Assembly: GCA_016927995.1 (NCBI GenBank)
Contig: JAFGLO010000004.1
Location: 955 to 64,954, forward strand
Length of the DNA stretch: 64,000 nt
Direction of reading: 5' to 3'
Origin: Candidatus Dojkabacteria bacterium
GTDB taxonomy: Bacteria > Patescibacteriota > Dojkabacteria > JAFGLO01
Made by a program: the position numbers and the translations under genes. The stretch's first letter is position 1, and each line of letters begins with the position of its first letter. The notes beneath the pieces are model-generated. The model was not told the origin of the DNA and made no database searches. It saw only the letters and a list, made by a program, of their open reading frames with translations. This document shows, in pieces, positions 59,301-64,000 of the stretch.

Positions 59301-59851
59301 AAAAAGGCGATCCAATGGCGTTTGTTAAACTTGAAGATTTGTCGGGCTCTATCGAAGTTGTTGTTTTTCCAAATGTTTACAAAAAATACAAAGAGATTCT
59401 CTCCGAAGATAAAATGGTTGCTATTAAGGGCAAAATTAACGAACGTAACGATGAGCTTAGTATTTTGGCCGATGCATTTAAAGAGATTTCAGAAGAGATG
59501 ATTAGTAAATACGAGAATAGTTGTCCATTGGAAGATAATTCAGATGGGGTAGCGACTTCCGAAGCCTCTAACAATACATCTTTCTCCCCCAATGATATCA
59601 AACCTAAGAATGGAAGTAGTAAGGATTCCTCGCGTGATAGTATTTCAGAAAAGCTGGTAAAAATATTTCTTCCCAAAGATGCTCCCAAGACCGAGCTACT
59701 TAAGCTTAAGGACCTTATTTCTGCTCATCCTGGAGAAGCTAAGCTTGTTTTAGAGCTTGATGACGGCAACGGCGGTAAAAAAATTCCTGTTAAACAGGGT
59801 GTTGCCGTGGGTGATTGGTTTAATAGTTATAGGGTTGAAATTATAGGGTGA
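56303..59851 (+). CDS. dnaE: DNA polymerase III alpha subunit
   Basis: N-terminal PHP domain (FTHLHVHSEFSLLDG); polymerase core; C-terminal OB fold. About 1180 aa. Confidence 0.9.
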   Translation: MFTHLHVHSEFSLLDGLSSLNSIVKRVAEAGMKSVALTDHGVLFGVHKFYMAAKAAGIKPIIGVEAYVAQRTRFDKVAKLDNDPYHLILLAKDSVGYKNLVKLISLANIEGFYYKPRIDRELIEIYKEGLIATSGCLAGEIPQLILNKQYAKAKEVALWYQGVFGMGNYYLELQANRMLDQKKVNSKLIELSRDTGIPLVATTDAHYPTADNAFAQDVLLAINTKKKISDTNRLTMADTPDFYLWKEDEMREYFKDIPEALENTVRVADMCNVDLDPHDWVLPNAYVPDEYKGDADKYLHDIVWARAPKKLGREMEESEEARLKYEYDIISQKGFSKYMLMVSEFTDWMNERNLPFTTRGSAAGSLVSFALGIVNANPLDFNLAFERFLNPLRPKAPDIDLDIPSNRRDDLIKYAIKKHGSEKVAHIITFGRMQARGSIRDAGRVLDLPLDYVDRIAKLIPPSGQGLAKVTIQKALDSVSELAQLIDTDPDARRLIDVAKQIEGTARNTGIHACGILVTPGPITDYVPVVFDKDLGRMVTQYEMDSLEELKLIKVDFLGLTNLETIIESVKLTKQTYNKDINLEELDFKDKKVYETINKLDTLGIFQLESDVMKQTIKTIRPENIFDVAAVNALVRPGPNQYQQEYADRKSGKKEIKYLDPRMEDFLKLSYGVLVYQEDIIRAVIHLAGMDWGEADSVRKATGKKKPDILFAMKDDLLKRLVDNGMDKKTANELFELFIPFTNYAFNQAHAAAYAIIIYYTAWLKTYYPVAFMAALLKTEIADKEKVAKILDECFRKGIKILPPSINESNVDYKIEGEDAIRIGLGTIKGISKKTLRLITKKRDQEQTVFESLDHLLFESNLLTVPIKTFELLIMAGALDEFGDRQGHLEILDALYKKFKSDQERKSIGQNGLFGGSKDTKKIIPAKTLLPSSVETTPAQKIAWEKELIGIFVSDHPQKRTTGLRVKCGITDVSNLSVGKVGRPVTIMGSITNVKRISTKKGDPMAFVKLEDLSGSIEVVVFPNVYKKYKEILSEDKMVAIKGKINERNDELSILADAFKEISEEMISKYENSCPLEDNSDGVATSEASNNTSFSPNDIKPKNGSSKDSSRDSISEKLVKIFLPKDAPKTELLKLKDLISAHPGEAKLVLELDDGNGGKKIPVKQGVAVGDWFNSYRVEIIG

Positions 59852-60036
59852 TTGGGGAAAAGAAGTCTGTAGTTAGCAATAAGTTGTTACTGTCTAGCTA
59901 CATTTCGTGTGACTTTTTTGCGGTTTGTACCATCCAACGGTTGATTTTAGAGCCTAAATTGTGTTATAATTAGCTTACAGAATCGAGAAGAAGTTTCGAT
60001 AATTGTAGAAATTATTGAGTTGATCCATATAGAGAT

Positions 60037-61023
60037 ATGAGCATTATTAACCCTGGTACCCCACCTGATCCGAACGAAAGAGAGGGGCTTCCATCTTCGC
60101 TTAGCAATGCGATTTCTTGTGCAGCAGTTTATGTTTCAGCATTTTCACGTCCTCCGTTTTCGGAGATTTGGAAGGTTGCTGGGGTAGAACAGCCTGAGTT
60201 TTTACGTGACCCAAACAAAAACCGAGATCTCTTACTAGCGTTAGAATCCACTGGATGTTTGACCTCTGTGAGAACAAATGAAGCGGATGAACAGGTTATA
60301 TCTGTTCCTGCGGAAATAGTTAACAAACATATGGAATCGCTGGGAATTCAAGGATCGGTAGCCGATCAGATTGTTGAAATAACTTTACCGTATCCTGTAA
60401 CTGCTGTAATAAATTCTTACATTGATGCGATAGACGATCCACGTTCGGTAGTAGTACTTGCACACAGTAAAACGGCTAATGAACCCGCTGAATACACGCG
60501 CCTCGGTGGTTCTATCAAAATTCCCGACATTGATATATTACGTGGGGTTGGAAGGATAATTACCATAAATCATCCTAATGAAGTTGACAGACCGGCTAAG
60601 CGTGCCAGTGAAGTTGTTCTTTCAGAAATTAGACATTATCTTACTTCGGAACAAGCGGCAGAGCTAAAAGCCTACTTACAAGACGATTTTGTGACTTATC
60701 TTGCAGAAGTGGCAAAAGTTCCAGCAGATGACCCAAGTTTAAATCCGACCCAAGTAATGTTTGATACATACTTAAGAGCCATTGGTTTTTCATATCGTCT
60801 TTTAGCACCTAAACCACCTTTTCCTGATCAAGTCGTTTTTTTCACGTTAGAAGGAACAGAAGTTGCTCAGAGTAAAAGGTCGAATAAAAGTCTTGGGTCT
60901 ATAGTTCAATGGCTTTTGAATAAAATTTCAGGGTGTCGGTATGACAGTATACGACTAGCTTTTCCAAGAAATCCAGGACAGCCACAAGTTGTTGTGGAAA
61001 TATTAAATAAAATAAAAGAATAA
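60037..61023 (+). CDS. Hypothetical protein
   Basis: 328 aa soluble protein. No recognisable motif by eye. Confidence 0.4.
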   Translation: MSIINPGTPPDPNEREGLPSSLSNAISCAAVYVSAFSRPPFSEIWKVAGVEQPEFLRDPNKNRDLLLALESTGCLTSVRTNEADEQVISVPAEIVNKHMESLGIQGSVADQIVEITLPYPVTAVINSYIDAIDDPRSVVVLAHSKTANEPAEYTRLGGSIKIPDIDILRGVGRIITINHPNEVDRPAKRASEVVLSEIRHYLTSEQAAELKAYLQDDFVTYLAEVAKVPADDPSLNPTQVMFDTYLRAIGFSYRLLAPKPPFPDQVVFFTLEGTEVAQSKRSNKSLGSIVQWLLNKISGCRYDSIRLAFPRNPGQPQVVVEILNKIKE

Positions 61024-62168
61024 TGAAAAAAATTCTTAAAAACTTCTTAAAATCAGTAAAAGTGAGTGATATAACAACCCCACGTTTTATCTATTTTCCT
61101 ACCCAATTGGAGGATAATTTAGAAGTCCTAAAAGAGTTCGAAAAAAACGGGATCCAGGTTTTATACGCAATAAAAGCTAATAATTTTATTCCAGTTGTAG
61201 AGTCGATTATTAGGACGGGATTTGGTTTTGACGTTGCATCCGCAGCCGAGTTGAAATTAGTTCATGATCTTGGAGTAGACAAAGACAAGATATCTTTCTC
61301 GGCTCCTACCAAAAGAGAACGAGATTTGATATTTTCAAATCAAATTGGAGTTAAGAACTATGCCTTTGATTCTGAAATGGAGATAGATAAAATTCTTAGG
61401 TTTGTTGATAAACCTGTACTTTTTGCAAGAATTGGTACACCGAATAAGCTTTCTGCCTTTGATCTATCAAGTAAATTCGGAATGAGTGATGTATATTTTA
61501 AGTACATTGTTAGAAAGGCTAAAAAAAATAAGTGGCCAATTCAAGGAGTAACCTTTCATGTAGGTTCACAAAACACGGCGTTATCTTCGTGGAAAGATGC
61601 GCTAGACAAATTAAGTCCCCTATTGGAGTATGCGGATCACTTGGGTGTAAAGATTAAATATTTAAATCTGGGAGGTGGTATACCTGCTAAATATAATGGT
61701 GACGTAAAGCAGTTAATTCAATATGTTAGAGGGATTTGCAGGTATGTAAATAGATTTAGACTTAAATGCAGTATCGAAAAAGTTTTTGTTGAACCGGGTC
61801 GTTCGGTAGTAGCTAATACGATGGCTCTTCTTACCAAAGTCATAAATATTAAACCATATAAGCGTCCACCAATAGTGGTTGTCGATACTAGCGTTTTCCT
61901 TGGTCTTATCGAGGCACTTGAGCACTTTGAATATCCTGTGTATCATCGTTCTCAAGTTCTAGAACTTGAGAAAAATGGAAGTGGAAAGTTTTACAAAATT
62001 GCTGGGTTTACTTGTGACGGTTATGACATTATTGCAAAGCGAGTGCTACTGCCACGAAATGTGCAACTCGGTGATCTGCTTGTCATCTCTTGTGCAGGAG
62101 CATATACTTCAGTATATGAAAATTTTCATATGAATAAGTACCCTGACATAGAGATATATAGAAAATGA
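61023..62168 (+). CDS. Fold-type III PLP-dependent decarboxylase (Orn/DAP/Arg decarboxylase family)
   Basis: N-terminal TIM-barrel YAIKAN (PLP-Lys region); …FHVGSQ… and …LNLGGG… motifs; C-terminal β-domain. Confidence 0.65.
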   Translation: MKKILKNFLKSVKVSDITTPRFIYFPTQLEDNLEVLKEFEKNGIQVLYAIKANNFIPVVESIIRTGFGFDVASAAELKLVHDLGVDKDKISFSAPTKRERDLIFSNQIGVKNYAFDSEMEIDKILRFVDKPVLFARIGTPNKLSAFDLSSKFGMSDVYFKYIVRKAKKNKWPIQGVTFHVGSQNTALSSWKDALDKLSPLLEYADHLGVKIKYLNLGGGIPAKYNGDVKQLIQYVRGICRYVNRFRLKCSIEKVFVEPGRSVVANTMALLTKVINIKPYKRPPIVVVDTSVFLGLIEALEHFEYPVYHRSQVLELEKNGSGKFYKIAGFTCDGYDIIAKRVLLPRNVQLGDLLVISCAGAYTSVYENFHMNKYPDIEIYRK

Positions 62169-64000
62169 CGATCAACCTGTACATAATCTATTCATTTGTA
62201 GGACTTACACTTGTCTATAATATATATACGTTTGTCGTTTCGCACAAAAAACTTCCCCCAATTAATCGGTATATATATGGTTACTTGTTGTTATCTGTTG
62301 TATGTTGGTATGTAACGAATGCAGGAGCTGACCTGATTCCAGACATAAAAATTGCAAATCTCTTCGCAAAATATGCAATATTATTTCCTATTCATATCGT
62401 CAACGCACTATCACATGTTACAACAATTTTCCCCAGGACATATCTTGTTGGGAACAAGAAAAGGGACTTAACCAAAATAATTGACCTGATTGTAATTATC
62501 GGTACTGTTGCGGTACTTCCGTTTTTGAATACAGCTCACAATATCTCGGGCTTTAAATTGAATCCTGGAAGCCCTGCAGATTTCGAACCAGGTTTTCTAT
62601 ATATTTTAGTGATGGTCTTATCGGGTGTTTTTCTTTTTGTAGCTTTTCTAAGGTGGTTCTCAAGATATTCAACATATACTTCATTGCAAAAGAAACAAGT
62701 CCGGCTTATTGCCTCAAGTATAGCGATTTTGTTTGTTATTCTAACCATTGGACTTGGCGCTTTACCTGTTTTGGGTGTAACTCAATATGCTCCATTAGCC
62801 TTTATATCAATGAGTATACTTTTGCTGATCATAAGGGAAAACTTTTTAGTGAGTACACTCGTTATCGATACAGGAAGGTTATTAGGCAATTTGTTTTCAA
62901 TTTTAATCATCACTGTAATTGCTTCAGCAGAATTATATTTCATTCAGAAGTTCATTATTATTACTGATTTCGTTATTCTGACAATAATAATTGGTTCTAA
63001 TCTTGTTGTCTTTTATTATTCATACACCCGCCTTTTGTTGCCAATTTTTCTAAGTGATACAGAGCTGTCAAAAGATATATTTACGTTCATTGAGACGAGT
63101 ACTAGTTCACTTAGTTTAAAATCGATAATTAATTCATTTAAAAGTGTTGCACATAAGCTTGTCAAAAAAGAAAATGTTGAAATAGTTTTTGCGAAACAAA
63201 AAACAGATACCTTTGTTGATGTTAAAAAAATGTGGGACATGTTTGGTGAATATTTCATTACTACGCCAGAAGGTCTGTTGGAACGAATGGAAATTAATCA
63301 AGTTGACTCATTTAAGCCTTCTGTAAAAAGTGTATTTGGATTAATGACCAATCGAAAGATTGATGTTATCATGCCTTTAAACAAAAATGATGAACTTTTT
63401 GGGCTTGTCCTCTTGAAGGATTTGCAGATTGTTCTTACACCTCAAAATTTTGAATTATTGTCTCTATTACAACAAAATTTCTCAATTGCTGTATCCCGTG
63501 CTCTCTTGTATGAAGAAGTTCAGGAATTTAGTAAAACCCTTCAAAAGAAGGTAGATGCAGCTACGGTAGAGATTCGTGACAAAATGGAAAAAATGAAAGA
63601 AATGCGAAGACGTGAACGAGATATGCTCGATATCATGGGACATGAGCTAAGAACTCCACTTACCATAATAAAAAATGCATCAAGCATGATCGACTATTAC
63701 GAGACAAATAAGATGATAACGCTTGATCCAATAGTTAAGGAACAGTTTGTCAACATAAAGGAAGCAATGAACAGAGAAATAAACCTTGTGGAAACCATGC
63801 TCGCTGCAACCAAAATCGATGCCAACAAAATAGAGCTAAACCTTGAGGTGGTTAATCTAAATGAGATAATTCGCCAGACCAAACTAGCCTTTGATCATAC
63901 CGCCAAGGAAAAGGGCTTAAAACTAACCTTTAAATACGATAAGCGAAAGAATTGGCTTGTGGTAGGTGATAAACTTCGGGTTCAAGAAGTACTCGATAAT
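62165..64000 (+). CDS. Sensor histidine kinase (partial; C-terminus beyond window), paralog of 2919..5237
   Basis: Open frame from the ATG at 62165 (overlapping the previous stop) to the window end. Multi-TM N-terminus and H-box IMGHELRTPLTIIKN. Absent from the ORF track because it has no stop in the window. Confidence 0.75.
   Translation, partial: MTINLYIIYSFVGLTLVYNIYTFVVSHKKLPPINRYIYGYLLLSVVCWYVTNAGADLIPDIKIANLFAKYAILFPIHIVNALSHVTTIFPRTYLVGNKKRDLTKIIDLIVIIGTVAVLPFLNTAHNISGFKLNPGSPADFEPGFLYILVMVLSGVFLFVAFLRWFSRYSTYTSLQKKQVRLIASSIAILFVILTIGLGALPVLGVTQYAPLAFISMSILLLIIRENFLVSTLVIDTGRLLGNLFSILIITVIASAELYFIQKFIIITDFVILTIIIGSNLVVFYYSYTRLLLPIFLSDTELSKDIFTFIETSTSSLSLKSIINSFKSVAHKLVKKENVEIVFAKQKTDTFVDVKKMWDMFGEYFITTPEGLLERMEINQVDSFKPSVKSVFGLMTNRKIDVIMPLNKNDELFGLVLLKDLQIVLTPQNFELLSLLQQNFSIAVSRALLYEEVQEFSKTLQKKVDAATVEIRDKMEKMKEMRRRERDMLDIMGHELRTPLTIIKNASSMIDYYETNKMITLDPIVKEQFVNIKEAMNREINLVETMLAATKIDANKIELNLEVVNLNEIIRQTKLAFDHTAKEKGLKLTFKYDKRKNWLVVGDKLRVQEVLDN

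Noticed and set aside
1-64000. Alternative genetic code (UGA recoding, as in some CPR lineages)
   Set aside because: UGA acts as a genuine stop (for example ftsE ends AAA TGA overlapping the ftsX ATG; the obg-side genes also use UGA). Conserved proteins have normal lengths under code 11.
1-64000. CRISPR arrays, integrases, transposases and other mobile-element genes
   Set aside because: No regularly spaced short repeats and no recombinase, transposase or phage structural ORFs were seen in any frame. The only mobility-like signals are the tRNA-Asn partial duplication and the 25-bp direct repeats, both listed in findings.

Overview
This is a low-GC bacterial chromosomal window with dense, mostly non-overlapping genes read with the standard code (UGA is used as a stop, for example the ftsE/ftsX ATGA overlap). 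It is mainly housekeeping and envelope genes: obg, gpmI, prfB, ftsEX with an M23 peptidase, an nrdR-nrdG-nrdD operon, lexA, mutL, tyrS, dnaE, hpf, two tRNAs, and many large secreted or anchored surface proteins. The gene content (archaeal-type TyrRS, no prfB frameshift, many hypothetical surface proteins with C-terminal anchors, anaerobic RNR) suggests a Patescibacteria/CPR-like organism; this is inference. Observations beyond plain annotation, all from reading the sequence and unverified by search:
1. An XRE-HTH protein with a Panacea/DUF4065-like C-terminal domain, beside a multi-TM protein and a cupin, next to tRNA-Ser. This is a candidate toxin-antitoxin or phage-derived module.
2. mutL is split at an A8 homopolymer; deleting one A restores the full-length gene. 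This could be a phase-variable mutator switch, a pseudogene or a sequencing error.
3. Two tandem class III RNR (nrdD) paralogs, one with and one without an N-terminal ATP-cone.
4. A ~70-bp tandem duplication of the tRNA-Asn 3' end plus downstream sequence, which looks like a leftover integration site (att-like).
5. A 25-28-bp imperfect direct repeat flanking a two-gene accessory insert (GH26 glycosidase plus Tat lipoprotein) between mutL and tyrS.
6. Tandem paralogous glycine-zipper membrane proteins.
7. An alkyltransferase-like (MGMT-fold, Cys-less) protein.
8. A degenerate PflA-like radical-SAM N-terminal fragment next to a flavodoxin-like protein.
9. A candidate NrdR box, a lexA promoter with an overlapping palindrome and a large leader hairpin, and a GC-rich palindromic element pair.
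No CRISPR array, integrase or transposase was seen.
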